Notes: generated by a model not told the origin, from the letters alone. A stretch of 64,000 bases of DNA from Roseibacillus sp. (GCA_965242925.1 CBDEUM010000009.1:32001-96000), one strand, 5' to 3'. Positions 48,244 to 58,061 are shown, counted from the stretch's first letter. Numbers and translations are program-made.

Positions 48244-51200
48244 TTACTTCTTCTTCGAGGCTCGCTCGCGCAGCATCCTGGCGACCACGGGCCTCTGCTC
48301 CTCGATCTTCTTCACGTCAAGACCGAGGTTGGAACCCCGGATGATCCCCTCGTAAAACTGGCGTAATCCGTCACTCCATCCCCCGGAAACCGTATCGACC
48401 GCCGCCTCCTCGCGCTCGTTCTTCTTGGTCAGGGATGCCCCGTGCCGGAGCAGGAACTCCACCATGTCCTCCCGGCAGAGGAAGGCGGCGAGGTGGAGCG
48501 GGGTATTCCCGTCCCGGTTGTGATAGGAGACATTGACCTTGTGGTCCTCGACCAGAAGCCTGGCGATCTCCATTCGTCCATGGAAAACGGCCGTGCTGAG
48601 GGGCGTCATCCCGCCATCACCGAGGCGACGCGCATTGGTGGGGGCCCCCTTGCGGATCCATCGCTTGACCGCGTCCAGGTCGTTGCGCTCGATCGCTTTT
48701 GCAAGGTCCTCGCGTATTGCCGAGGGGTCGGTCGAAGAGCGGACGTTCCGGGCCTCCTCCTCGTTCTTCCCGGTGTAGAAGATAAAGTCGTTACTGAAGA
48801 GACCGCTCGGATTCTGCACCTGGAGGAAGTGAATCCCGGGCTCGGGAAGGGTCTGCAACTCAATGGTCGCGCGTTCCTTCCGGGGGAGGGTTATGCTGGC
48901 CGGAACCCTCCGCCCGTTCACGAAGACGGCGGCTCCCTTACGAATGTGCCGGGCGCCAACAATCATCGTCCGGTTGTCCCCGTAAAGGCTGGGGAAGCGC
49001 TGCTTGCCGATCTGCGCCTGCAGCGAACCCCGGGTCCAGAGGGCCGGCTGGGGATGATCGTAGTCGTCATTGACACCATGCCGCCCGGTGATGGTTCCCA
49101 CAAAGCTTCCCGCGGCAGCAGCCTCCACCAGTTTCTCACGGGTGACCGCCTTGCGCTCACCATCCAGCATGACATAGCTGCCGCCCTCCCACTGCGCATC
49201 ATACTGGAAAGTGACTGCCCGGCCCTTCCCTTCCCCCACAATAACCCCCTCGCCCTGGAGGACAATCGCCCCTTCCCGGGCCGACGTTTCCAGGGCCTCC
49301 AGCAGGTTCTCAGTCATCGCTTCCCGCGCGGTGTCCCTGTTCAGGGTGAGCTGCCTCGCGAAGGAGCCCGAAAACCCGGTGCTCCCTTCGGTCACCATTT
49401 CCCAGACCGGATCGAATTCACTCCGGGACCGCCACGAAAACCGCCAGATCTCGCGCTCCGAATTGCCGCGCTCCGCCACCCGGCGGTAGAAGTCGAAATC
49501 GATGATGTTCAGCCGTCCCTGCGGCAGAATGAGGAACCGATCATAGGCCCCCCGCCAGGTGGGTGCGTCCATCCCCGTGCCAGGCGTGTTGGTGCTCACC
49601 AGGAAGGGCATGCGGTGGCAGTTCCCGCAGACATTCATACGCCCATCCTCGCGGTTGCCCACGATGTGAAATTGCTTGAATCCTTCCTCCGCCCGCTCGG
49701 TGAGCTTGTTATCATAAGCACGGCGCTGGGCCGGAGGATAGGTCACGTTGAGGAGGAACTTCGCCAGGTCGTCCCTCTCCCCGGACGACAGGTGGCCGGC
49801 CTTGCCTTCGTCGTTGGTCTCCTTTGTCCCCACCATCAGCATGGTGGTGGCGAGGCCGCCGTCGATAACGTGGCGCGTGGCGCTCTCCGGCTTGTCGATA
49901 TCGCAGTTCGGATCGACGTGACTCCGGATATTGGCACTGTTATTGCCCCCGTAGGGATCACCGGGAATGCCGTCCCAGTGGAACGGGGCGGTGTCACGCA
50001 ATCCGCGTAGAGGCATGGTAGAGCGCGGCATGATCTGATTCCCCCCCGTCACAATGGGCGTCTTGAGCACCCAGAGAAGCTGATCGGTATGACCGTCCGG
50101 ATGGCAGCTGGCGCAGGAAAAGGTCGCGGTCGTGGAGGCCGACGCCTTGTTGAAGGCGATGCGGCCGCGCTTGAAGGCCGGGTGAGTAGGATCCTCCAGG
50201 GCAATTGTTCCCCGCACCTTCGGGTTGGCGGGATCAGAGAGATCGAGCAACGAAACCGTATTGGCCACCGCATTGAGAACCCACGCGGCGGAAAGCTTTC
50301 CGCCCGGACCCGTTTCAAGGGCAATGCCCCGTGGCACGGAGTCCACCTTTACCCGCCCGAGGATCGCTCCCTTGCTCGCATCAACGGTGAAAACCACGTC
50401 CGAGCCGGCTGCACTCGCCACCAGGGTGGAATCGTCATCGCTGATCTGGATCGCATAGGGCGTGGCAAGGGCCTTCTCCCGCTCCGGATGCTTCGGGGGG
50501 AGGGGCTCAAGATCAAAGAACTCCGGCTTCGCTTTCTCCCCGGGCAGCACCCTGGTGATCTGGTTCAGGAAAGCCCTGTTCTCCAACTCTGCCAGCCCGT
50601 GCTTCTTGGTGCCGGATCGCCCGTTCGCGTCATTCCGGGCATCCGCCTGGGCTATGAAGACGCGCCCCTTGGAATCCACCGTGAGACCGTAGAGCAGCGT
50701 CCCGAGAGTATCGACGGTTTCGATCAGCCTGTCGGTCCTGGTATCGAACACATAGAGATCCCGGTCAGGCACCCGGGGGTGCTTCACGATATCGGTCACG
50801 TGCCCGAGGGAGAGGACATTGTTGTTGGCAATCGAATGCTCGTGCGCATTGAAGGTGACCAGTTCACCGTCGATATTGTAGCCTCCGGAAAGCTGGGTCT
50901 TGTTGTTCGACTCGAAGGGGATGACGTAGAGTCGGTCACCCCGCACCACGATCGCCCGCGGATCCTGGGCCGTGATGTTCAGTCGCTTCTCCACCTTGCG
51001 TGTTTTCACATTGACCACCGCAATCTTGTTTTCCGAGGACAGCGCGACGTAAGCCTTCCCGTTGCTCGCAAAGGCGATCCCAACCGGTTCATCGAACCGG
51101 GTGCCCTTGGTCCGGGGATCAAGATCCTGGACCGTGGCCACCACGTGAAAGCGCGTGGGACTTCGCTTCTCGAGATTGATCACACTGACCGAATCCGAGA

Positions 51201-51483
51201 CGTGATTGGAGACCCACAGCTCCTTGCCGTCCGGGCGCAGGGCCAACCCTGCCGGATCGATCCCGACCGGAATTCGCCGCACAATTCTGCGTGTCTTGCG
51301 GTCAATCACGTCCACGGTGTCGGCGGGCGTATTGGTGACGAAAACGTGCTCTCCGTTCAGCGCCACTGGCCTGGCGTGCGGACTCAGGAAAGATGGATGT
51401 CCCACCGGAGCCGGCTTGGAAGGAGCAGCCGTGGCGAGGCAATTCGCCACCAGGGCCATGCACAAGGGAATCAAAAATTTCAT
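48244..51483 (-). CDS. YVTN/YncE-type beta-propeller + di-heme cytochrome c (bCcP/MauG-like) + ankyrin repeats
   Basis: IPVGIDPAGLALRPDGKELWVSN. Heme motifs CASCH and CGNCH. PLRGLRDTAPFHWDG. Ankyrins GMTPLSTAVFHG and GNTPLHLAAFLC. Confidence 0.8.
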   Translation of the reverse strand: MKFLIPLCMALVANCLATAAPSKPAPVGHPSFLSPHARPVALNGEHVFVTNTPADTVDVIDRKTRRIVRRIPVGIDPAGLALRPDGKELWVSNHVSDSVSVINLEKRSPTRFHVVATVQDLDPRTKGTRFDEPVGIAFASNGKAYVALSSENKIAVVNVKTRKVEKRLNITAQDPRAIVVRGDRLYVIPFESNNKTQLSGGYNIDGELVTFNAHEHSIANNNVLSLGHVTDIVKHPRVPDRDLYVFDTRTDRLIETVDTLGTLLYGLTVDSKGRVFIAQADARNDANGRSGTKKHGLAELENRAFLNQITRVLPGEKAKPEFFDLEPLPPKHPEREKALATPYAIQISDDDSTLVASAAGSDVVFTVDASKGAILGRVKVDSVPRGIALETGPGGKLSAAWVLNAVANTVSLLDLSDPANPKVRGTIALEDPTHPAFKRGRIAFNKASASTTATFSCASCHPDGHTDQLLWVLKTPIVTGGNQIMPRSTMPLRGLRDTAPFHWDGIPGDPYGGNNSANIRSHVDPNCDIDKPESATRHVIDGGLATTMLMVGTKETNDEGKAGHLSSGERDDLAKFLLNVTYPPAQRRAYDNKLTERAEEGFKQFHIVGNREDGRMNVCGNCHRMPFLVSTNTPGTGMDAPTWRGAYDRFLILPQGRLNIIDFDFYRRVAERGNSEREIWRFSWRSRSEFDPVWEMVTEGSTGFSGSFARQLTLNRDTAREAMTENLLEALETSAREGAIVLQGEGVIVGEGKGRAVTFQYDAQWEGGSYVMLDGERKAVTREKLVEAAAAGSFVGTITGRHGVNDDYDHPQPALWTRGSLQAQIGKQRFPSLYGDNRTMIVGARHIRKGAAVFVNGRRVPASITLPRKERATIELQTLPEPGIHFLQVQNPSGLFSNDFIFYTGKNEEEARNVRSSTDPSAIREDLAKAIERNDLDAVKRWIRKGAPTNARRLGDGGMTPLSTAVFHGRMEIARLLVEDHKVNVSYHNRDGNTPLHLAAFLCREDMVEFLLRHGASLTKKNEREEAAVDTVSGGWSDGLRQFYEGIIRGSNLGLDVKKIEEQRPVVARMLRERASKKK

Positions 51484-51665
51484 GATGGGAAGGAACTATT
51501 CTCTGTTAATGGCGTCAGGAAGCAATCAGTTCCGCAAACATCCGCCCCTCTTCCGAATGACCGGAGGAGTGGCTATAAATGCCCCCGGCACCGGGGATCT
51601 CCCGGAGAATTCCAAAGCTTCGGCAACAGAAAAAGTGGAATCGGCTGGAGGGCCTTTCACCAAGC

Positions 51666-51692
51666 AAAAGAAGCCCGCCGTGAAGGCGGGCT
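51666..51692 (-). terminator. Intrinsic terminator after the Lys-rich repeat gene
   Basis: Minus strand reads agcccgcc-ttcac-ggcgggct followed by tctttt. Confidence 0.7.
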
Positions 51693-51738
51693 CTCTTGAA
51701 AATACCTGAAGGACGTTTGCAACAGTCAGGAGACTGAT

Positions 51739-52632
51739 CTAGCGGCCCCTCCCTTTCTCCAAGCGTCTGCGGAGCCCTTCATTCTCCCGCTTGAGAGCCT
51801 CCAACTCGCGCTTCAGCGCTTCAACCCCGGCATCAGGGCCCTTCTTGCCGTCCCAGTCCTTCTTGTCGGAACCGCCAAACAGCTTTTCCTTCAGATGGGC
51901 GAGTCGCTTCTCGCCTTCTTCCTTTGAGGCCTTGCCTGCCTTGACCGCAGCCCAGACTTCCTTTTCCGCGGCTTGGTACTTTCTCTTGAGTTCAGCCTCC
52001 TTACCGCCCCCGGACTTCTTCCTGGCAGCAGCCTCCTTGCCGCCGCCTCGATGTCCGTCCCGGAGCGCCTGGCCAATCCCCTTGAGTTTTTTCTCACCGT
52101 CTTCCTTGGAAATCTTGCCTGCCTTCACAGCTTCCCAGACTTCCTTTTCCGCGGCCTGATACTTTCTCTTGAGCTCAGCCTCCTTGCCTCCTCCGACCGG
52201 GGCCTTGTCTCCCCCTTTCGGGCGTCCACGGTCTTCAGGGCTTCCCCCGCGTTTGCCCACTCCCACCCGTTTGCGCATCTCAATGAGCCGCTTCTCAGCG
52301 TCTTCCTTTGAGATCTTGCCTGCCTCTATCCCGGCCTTGAGCCTTCTCTCCGCGCGGCGATAGTCGTCAACACTCAGAACGTCAGCGGGAACTGGGCGGT
52401 CCAAGCCACGTCCCTGCCCTTCCTTCTTTCCTCCGCGAATCGCCTTTCGCATCTCAATGAGCCGCTTCTCGGCATCTTCCTTCGCAACCTTGCCCGCCTC
52501 GACTGCGGCCCTGATCTTTGCTTCCGCCTTCCGATAGTCCTCTACACTGATGCCTCCCTTCTGGGCGCTAAGCGTAGAAAATCCTCCTGCCACCAGAAGC
52601 CCTGCCGCAATCATTCGTACAATATTTTTCAT
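51739..52632 (-). CDS. Exported Lys/Glu/Gly-rich protein with four helical repeats (Y..AE......(V/I).AGK..KE..EK.L)
   Basis: Signal peptide MKNIVRMIAAGLLVAGGFSTLSA. Four repeats in two pairs. DNA duplicates cccagacttccttttccgcggc (51951, 52134) and cgcatctcaatgagccgcttctc (~52274, ~52448). Confidence 0.75.
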   Translation of the reverse strand: MKNIVRMIAAGLLVAGGFSTLSAQKGGISVEDYRKAEAKIRAAVEAGKVAKEDAEKRLIEMRKAIRGGKKEGQGRGLDRPVPADVLSVDDYRRAERRLKAGIEAGKISKEDAEKRLIEMRKRVGVGKRGGSPEDRGRPKGGDKAPVGGGKEAELKRKYQAAEKEVWEAVKAGKISKEDGEKKLKGIGQALRDGHRGGGKEAAARKKSGGGKEAELKRKYQAAEKEVWAAVKAGKASKEEGEKRLAHLKEKLFGGSDKKDWDGKKGPDAGVEALKRELEALKRENEGLRRRLEKGRGR

Positions 52633-52699
52633 GATGAGTCTCATTTGAGGGTTCATGCGGATTGCCGAACTGATCTCCGCAAAGTTTCGCGCCCGAGCC

Positions 52700-54190
52700 T
52701 CACTGGGCAGGGCCGAACGAGAAGGAGTAGAGAGTCGCCGCGCCCGCCTTGAAGGCCAGATAAACCTTCTGACCCCTGATAATCGCCGGATCGAATCCCT
52801 GCTCCCAAACGAATGGCGTGTCCGTCAGGGTTCCCGCTTGTCCCTGGATCAGCCCCTCTCCCCGCACCTTTCTCTTCTCGTCGAGAACCGCAACCTTGAG
52901 AAACCCACCTTCCACAAGATCGACACAGACGCGCAGATCCCCGCCCACCCAGGGAACGACCTTCGTTCTCACGGTCATGGGTTCGCTTCCCTCGATCGGT
53001 TCATATCCCGCCCAACCGTCCTTACGCAGGGAGGCCCTCGCCAATCCTGATTTGCGCCAATCGAAGAAGTACCAGTCGCTTGCGCCGTAATAAATTTCGA
53101 TGCGATTACCGCGGAACACGGGAGCGGAGGGGAAGAGCGCTCCCCAGTCGTAGGGCATGGTCCCATATTTCCTCTCTTCTTTTGGCGTGTGCCCAATCAG
53201 AGGAGTGCCCTCCGCAACTCTGTGCCAGGTCACCGAATCCGGGCTCCAGGCCAGTTCAATATGCTGGCGCACCCCGTGACGTGACTTCATGGAAGGGAAG
53301 TTCATCACGCCCAGCAACCCGAGGTAGACCCCGCCGTCCTCGAAGATCACCATGTCGTGCGCCTGCTTCTGCGGGGTGCCGGCCAGGGCGAGGGTGGATT
53401 TCGTCCACTTCACCCCGTCCCGACTTTCCGTTCGTGCAATCTTTCGATTGCCGACCACCGGGATCCGGTCGTAATGGCGCACGATTCCAAGGTAGCTCTG
53501 GCGCTGCTCCGACCAGATCATGTTGGCGTGACAATCGCTCTGAATGGCAATCTCCGGACAGGGGATCTCGGGGCCCCAGTGAAGCCCGTCGGGGGAAAAG
53601 CGCACCAGTTGCAGGTAGCCCACCTGTGCGGCATAGAAGGCCTTGTAGCGCCGGTCAGGATTCGGATCCTGCGGATCCCTGTAGACCCCGGCCCCAGATG
53701 GACCCCGCACCACGATATTGTTTTTCCTGCTCCCGTTGAACTCGACGATTCCCAGTTCCGGTTTCTCCCAGCGGATCCCATCCCCGGAAGTGGCATAAAG
53801 AATGGCCTCGTCGCGTTTGCTGGGCCTGGCCGCCATGTAGTCGGTCGCCTCCGGGTTCCGCTTCCCGGGAGCTGTCCTGCTCGTGCGTTCATCGATAATG
53901 AAGGGACAGTACCAGCACTTGTAGATCTCCTCCTCCTCATCCCACAGGACGTTGGGATACATGTTGTCGTAGCGCGGCTCCCAGGGCTTATCCGCCACCA
54001 AGAGTGGATTGCCCGGATCCTTGACTGCTGTTCCGGGAACGAGCTTCGCGTTCTCCGTCCTCTCAATGATGCGGGAGTCCAGAAAGAGATACTCCATGCG
54101 AGGAGAACTCCGCGCCGATCCCAACAGACCGCCTGCGAGACTGAGCGCCAGAACCGTCAATCCCCACCATGACACCCCACAAAAATACAT
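52700..54190 (-). CDS. Exported five-bladed beta-propeller glycoside-hydrolase-like protein
   Basis: KDPGNPLL.ADKPWE, YKCWY, and Asp-box-like YATSGDGIRWEKP, SPDGLHW, SRDGVKW, SPDSVTW. LRKDGW followed by a C-terminal beta sandwich. Start uncertain (54190-54202). Confidence 0.7.
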   Translation of the reverse strand: MYFCGVSWWGLTVLALSLAGGLLGSARSSPRMEYLFLDSRIIERTENAKLVPGTAVKDPGNPLLVADKPWEPRYDNMYPNVLWDEEEEIYKCWYCPFIIDERTSRTAPGKRNPEATDYMAARPSKRDEAILYATSGDGIRWEKPELGIVEFNGSRKNNIVVRGPSGAGVYRDPQDPNPDRRYKAFYAAQVGYLQLVRFSPDGLHWGPEIPCPEIAIQSDCHANMIWSEQRQSYLGIVRHYDRIPVVGNRKIARTESRDGVKWTKSTLALAGTPQKQAHDMVIFEDGGVYLGLLGVMNFPSMKSRHGVRQHIELAWSPDSVTWHRVAEGTPLIGHTPKEERKYGTMPYDWGALFPSAPVFRGNRIEIYYGASDWYFFDWRKSGLARASLRKDGWAGYEPIEGSEPMTVRTKVVPWVGGDLRVCVDLVEGGFLKVAVLDEKRKVRGEGLIQGQAGTLTDTPFVWEQGFDPAIIRGQKVYLAFKAGAATLYSFSFGPAQ

Positions 54191-54326
54191 TCCTGAGAGC
54201 AAGCGTAGCGCCCTTCAGTGTGAACGGCCACCCGCAATGAGAAAATGTCGCCGGAGCCACCGGGGCAGAATGCAGCTCAACCGCCGACACTTGCCAAGCA
54301 GTCCCAAGACGATAGAAACGGCATCG

Positions 54327-55667
54327 ATGAGCAGATTAACGCGCCGCACTTTCCTCGGAGGCCTCTCCACCGCCTCCGCCACCACCCTGCTCCCCGGCAG
54401 CGTCTGGGCCAAGCGTTCCCCGAACGAAACCCCCAATCTCGCCGCGGTGGGCGTGGGGGGCAAGGGATGGGTCGACTCGAACGGGGCCGCAAAATTCGGC
54501 AACATCGTGGCCTTCTGCGACGTGGAGCAAGCCAAGGGAGGCAAGCGCGGGGGCTTTGCCTCGGCGGCCGGGAAGTGGCCCAAGGCCCGGCGGTATACCG
54601 ACTGGCGGGTCATGCTGGAAAAGGAAAAGAACCTCGACGGCCTTACCGTCTCCACTCCGGACCACATGCATGCCCCGGTCACCATGACCGCCCTGCAACA
54701 GGGTATCGGCTGCTACACCCAGAAGCCCCTGACTCGGACCATTTACGAGTCGCGCAAGATCACCGCCACCGCCGCCAAGGCCGGGGTCGCCACCCAGATG
54801 GGGAACCAGCACCACAGTGGAACCAGTTACCGCACCCTCGTCAACCTGGTACAGAAGGGCCTGATCGGAAAGATCAAGTGCGCCCACGCCTGGTCCAACC
54901 GACCCATCTGGCCCCAGGGGATCAAGCGCCCTGCCGCCTCCGCCGCCCCAGCCGATGCCCTGCAGTGGGACTTCTGGCTCGGGGTCGCTCCCGAACGGCC
55001 CTTTGCCCCCGGCGTCTACCATCCCTTCAAGTGGCGGGGCTGGTATGACTTCGGAACCGGGGCCCTCGGGGACATGGGTTGCCATATCATCGATCCCATT
55101 TACTGGGCTCTCGATCTCACCGCGCCCAACACGGTTCTCTACGAGGGGCCGGAGCCAACGAGGGAAACCTTCCCGAAAGCAGAACGGATTCACTACGAGT
55201 TCCCCGGGACATCCCGAACCACCGGCAAGACCATCAAGGTGACCTGGCATGACGGGGGTAATCTCCCCGACCCCTCCGAATGCGATCTGCCAGCCGGGAC
55301 GAAGCTCCCTGCAAATGGCAGCATGTTCGTCGGGGAGAAAGGCGTGATCGTCTGCCCTCATGGCTCAGGCAATCTCCCAAGTCTCTACCCGGAGAAAAAA
55401 TTCAAGGGGCTCGACTTCGGGGTCCTGCCCACCACCGATCACTACCAGCAATGGGTCGAGGCCATCAGGGGGACGGGCAAGCCCACTTCCAGCTTCGACT
55501 ACGCCGGACCGCTCTGCGAAACGGTCCTGCTGGGCTGCGTGGCCTCCAGGGTCCCCGGCGTCAAGCTGGAGTGGAATGCCAAGGCCCTCCGCTTCAACAA
55601 CAGCAAGGAAGGCGACGCCCTGCTTCATCAGCAATACCGCAAGGGCTGGGAAGTGGCCGGACTCTGA
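54327..55667 (+). CDS. Tat-exported Gfo/Idh/MocA family oxidoreductase
   Basis: TRRTFL, VGVGGKG, TPDHMHA, YTQKPL, WDFWLG, LGDMGCH. Confidence 0.9.
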   Translation: MSRLTRRTFLGGLSTASATTLLPGSVWAKRSPNETPNLAAVGVGGKGWVDSNGAAKFGNIVAFCDVEQAKGGKRGGFASAAGKWPKARRYTDWRVMLEKEKNLDGLTVSTPDHMHAPVTMTALQQGIGCYTQKPLTRTIYESRKITATAAKAGVATQMGNQHHSGTSYRTLVNLVQKGLIGKIKCAHAWSNRPIWPQGIKRPAASAAPADALQWDFWLGVAPERPFAPGVYHPFKWRGWYDFGTGALGDMGCHIIDPIYWALDLTAPNTVLYEGPEPTRETFPKAERIHYEFPGTSRTTGKTIKVTWHDGGNLPDPSECDLPAGTKLPANGSMFVGEKGVIVCPHGSGNLPSLYPEKKFKGLDFGVLPTTDHYQQWVEAIRGTGKPTSSFDYAGPLCETVLLGCVASRVPGVKLEWNAKALRFNNSKEGDALLHQQYRKGWEVAGL

Positions 55668-55681
55668 GCGCTTCCCGGCCG

Positions 55682-56530
55682 TTACTCCGCCACCTCGGCA
55701 TTCCCCCGTCGCAGGGCGATCGCCAGACCCAGGACCGCCCCGGCGGCAAACCCCATCACATGGGCCAGCACGTCCACCCGTGAGGAGGGATCTCCTCCGC
55801 CTGCTCCGAACCAGCCGAGAAGGATGGCGCCCGCGATGATCGGAAGGACCGCCCCGCCCAACCTGCGCATGGAACGCGCGTGCCAGGCCAGCCATACGCT
55901 GCTGCCAACCAGCAGGCCCAGCGCGCCGAAGGTCGCGGTGGAGGCTCCCAGCGACTTGAAGGCCTCAGGATAATGCAGCCAGGAAGTGACGATGTTCCCA
56001 AGAGTCCCACTGGCCAGGATCGCGATCCATCCCAGCAACGGTCCGAGGGTGTGCGAGACAAACACACAGAAGATTCCCCCGATCAGGAGGTTCCCGACCA
56101 GGTGGGGACCATCCGCATGCAGGAAGAGGGCCGTGGCCGGCCGGTACCATTCTCCTCGCTCGAAAAGCCCAAGACTGGAGCTGCAGTAATCCTCTACCAT
56201 GACCTCGGTTTGATTCATGAAGACAAAGACCAGGGCCATCGCCCAGAGCAGGAAGAGTTCGATCCCCGATCCGTAGAGTGGAATCTCCAGTCTCCGCTCG
56301 GCGGGGAGGCTCTGTTCCTCAGTGTAGAGACGAAATTCCTCCTCGATGGCAACCTGGAAGGGAGCCTCGGCGTAGAGAGCATAACACGGGCCTTGCGCCT
56401 CCATGCGCAACCAGCAATCGAGATTCATGGCCAGCACCACCAGGGCATACTCGTTGGCGACCCGGAGGGAGCTGAATTCTCCCACCAGGGCGAGGGAACC
56501 TTCCTCAAGGGCACGGTCGATCTCCGTCAT
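55682..56530 (-). CDS. Rhomboid family intramembrane serine protease with a soluble N-terminal domain
   Basis: GEWYR, FLHADGPHLVGN, catalytic GAS, LAHVMGF. Confidence 0.88.
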   Translation of the reverse strand: MTEIDRALEEGSLALVGEFSSLRVANEYALVVLAMNLDCWLRMEAQGPCYALYAEAPFQVAIEEEFRLYTEEQSLPAERRLEIPLYGSGIELFLLWAMALVFVFMNQTEVMVEDYCSSSLGLFERGEWYRPATALFLHADGPHLVGNLLIGGIFCVFVSHTLGPLLGWIAILASGTLGNIVTSWLHYPEAFKSLGASTATFGALGLLVGSSVWLAWHARSMRRLGGAVLPIIAGAILLGWFGAGGGDPSSRVDVLAHVMGFAAGAVLGLAIALRRGNAEVAE

Positions 56531-56624
56531 GCGGCGGTGCCAGTATGACGCAGTTTCCAGGGGACGCAACCGGGACACGACGATTCCACTCGAAACACCG
56601 AGCAATCTCGTTCTCGATGTTCTC

Positions 56625-58061
56625 ATGACGCGCGCCCCCGTTCTTTTTCTTCTCGCCCTGCTCGTGCCCGCGACCGCACTCACCAGGCCGCGACTCCTCG
56701 TCCTCACCGACATCACCAATGAACCCGACGACGAACAGTCCATGGTCCGGCTCCTCTGTTACGCCAACGAACTGGAAATCGAAGGCCTCATCGCCACCAC
56801 CTCGTGCTGGCTGCGCAATCGAACCGCACCCAACAGGATCGTGGAACGAATCGAAGCCTACCGACAGGTCCGTGAAAACCTGACGGTGCACGCCGGGGGA
56901 TGGCCGGAGGCCGATGAACTCCTGCAAACCGTCAAACAGGGGGTGCCGAAGTTCGGCATGGAGGGAGTGGGAGAGGGCCACGATTCCACCGGGTCCGAAC
57001 ACATCATCAGGGTGGTGGACGAGAATGACCCCCGCCCGGTCTATGTTTCGATCTGGGGCGGTGCCAATTGCCTGGCCCAGGCCCTCTGGAAGGTGAGCAA
57101 GACGCGCCCCAGGGCCGAGGCAGACAGATTCATCAGCAAGCTTCGCGTCTATACCATCTCGGACCAGGACGATGCCGGACCCTGGATGCGCAACACGTTC
57201 CCCGGGCTCTTCTACATCGTGAGCCCCGGCCATGAAGAGGGCCAGGGGGGCTCCTACCACTACGCCACCTGGGTGGGAATTTCGGGTGACAGGTTTCATG
57301 GCCGCTTCCGGGGACCGGACTTCTCCCTCGTGGACAATCCCTGGCTCGACCAGCACATCCGCAACGACCACGGACCACTCGGAGCAATGCATCCGCCCAC
57401 CAAATATCTCATGGAAGGTGACACCCCTTCCTTCTTCTGGGTCATTCCAAACGGCCTGAATGAACCGGAACATCCCGACTGGGGCGGCTGGGGTGGGCGC
57501 TACGAGCTCTACACCGCTCCGCCCAAACGCTACTACCACGAACCCGAAACCCGGCCCATCTGGACCAATGCCATGGACGAGGTCAAAGGCGTGGATGGCA
57601 AATGGCACACCAGCAACCACGCCACTATCTGGCGCTGGCGCAGGGAATATCAGCACGACTTCGCCGCCCGCATCGACTGGAGCAACTCACCCGAATTTGA
57701 GGCCGCCAATCATCCTCCTCTCGCCATCGTGAATGGAGACCGGACCCGGAAAGCAATTCATCTCACCGTTGCCCCGGGCAGCAAGGTGCAGCTCGACGCC
57801 AGTAAAACCTCCGACCCGGACGGTGATGAAGTGTCCTATCGCTGGTATCCCTATCGCGAGGCTGGTTCCTTTCCGCTCACCATTCACTTCCGCAACCTGA
57901 CATGGCAGGGCGGCGACACTGCGGCACTAACGATCAACGCCCCCAGGGTGAATGTTCCCAGGACCATCCACTTCATCCTGGAGGCAAGAGACGGGGGCGC
58001 ACCAACCCTGACGTCCTACCGGCGCGTCATCATCACAGTCGATCCAGACCAACGAAACTGA
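56625..58061 (+). CDS. DUF1593 nucleoside-hydrolase-like protein with a C-terminal Ig/PKD-like domain
   Basis: RLLVLTDITNEPDDEQSMVRLLCYAN, WGGANCLAQAL, ISDQDD, EGDTPSF, WGGWGGR, DPDGD. Confidence 0.88.
   Translation: MTRAPVLFLLALLVPATALTRPRLLVLTDITNEPDDEQSMVRLLCYANELEIEGLIATTSCWLRNRTAPNRIVERIEAYRQVRENLTVHAGGWPEADELLQTVKQGVPKFGMEGVGEGHDSTGSEHIIRVVDENDPRPVYVSIWGGANCLAQALWKVSKTRPRAEADRFISKLRVYTISDQDDAGPWMRNTFPGLFYIVSPGHEEGQGGSYHYATWVGISGDRFHGRFRGPDFSLVDNPWLDQHIRNDHGPLGAMHPPTKYLMEGDTPSFFWVIPNGLNEPEHPDWGGWGGRYELYTAPPKRYYHEPETRPIWTNAMDEVKGVDGKWHTSNHATIWRWRREYQHDFAARIDWSNSPEFEAANHPPLAIVNGDRTRKAIHLTVAPGSKVQLDASKTSDPDGDEVSYRWYPYREAGSFPLTIHFRNLTWQGGDTAALTINAPRVNVPRTIHFILEARDGGAPTLTSYRRVIITVDPDQRN

Noticed and set aside
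51900..52500. Direct DNA repeats as a CRISPR array
   Set aside because: The repeats are in-frame coding duplications with no regular repeat-spacer period, and no cas genes are present.
54009..54326. Long N-terminal extensions in the ORF track (also 2372-2602, 19686-19811, 22411-22635, 56403-56624, 58086-58364)
   Set aside because: They overlap neighbouring genes or promoters. Signal peptides and family N-termini indicate the downstream starts used here.
55682..56530. Rhomboid as a rhombosortase for nearby surface proteins
   Set aside because: No GlyGly-CTERM tails in the window, and it looks like a generic rhomboid with an N-terminal soluble domain.
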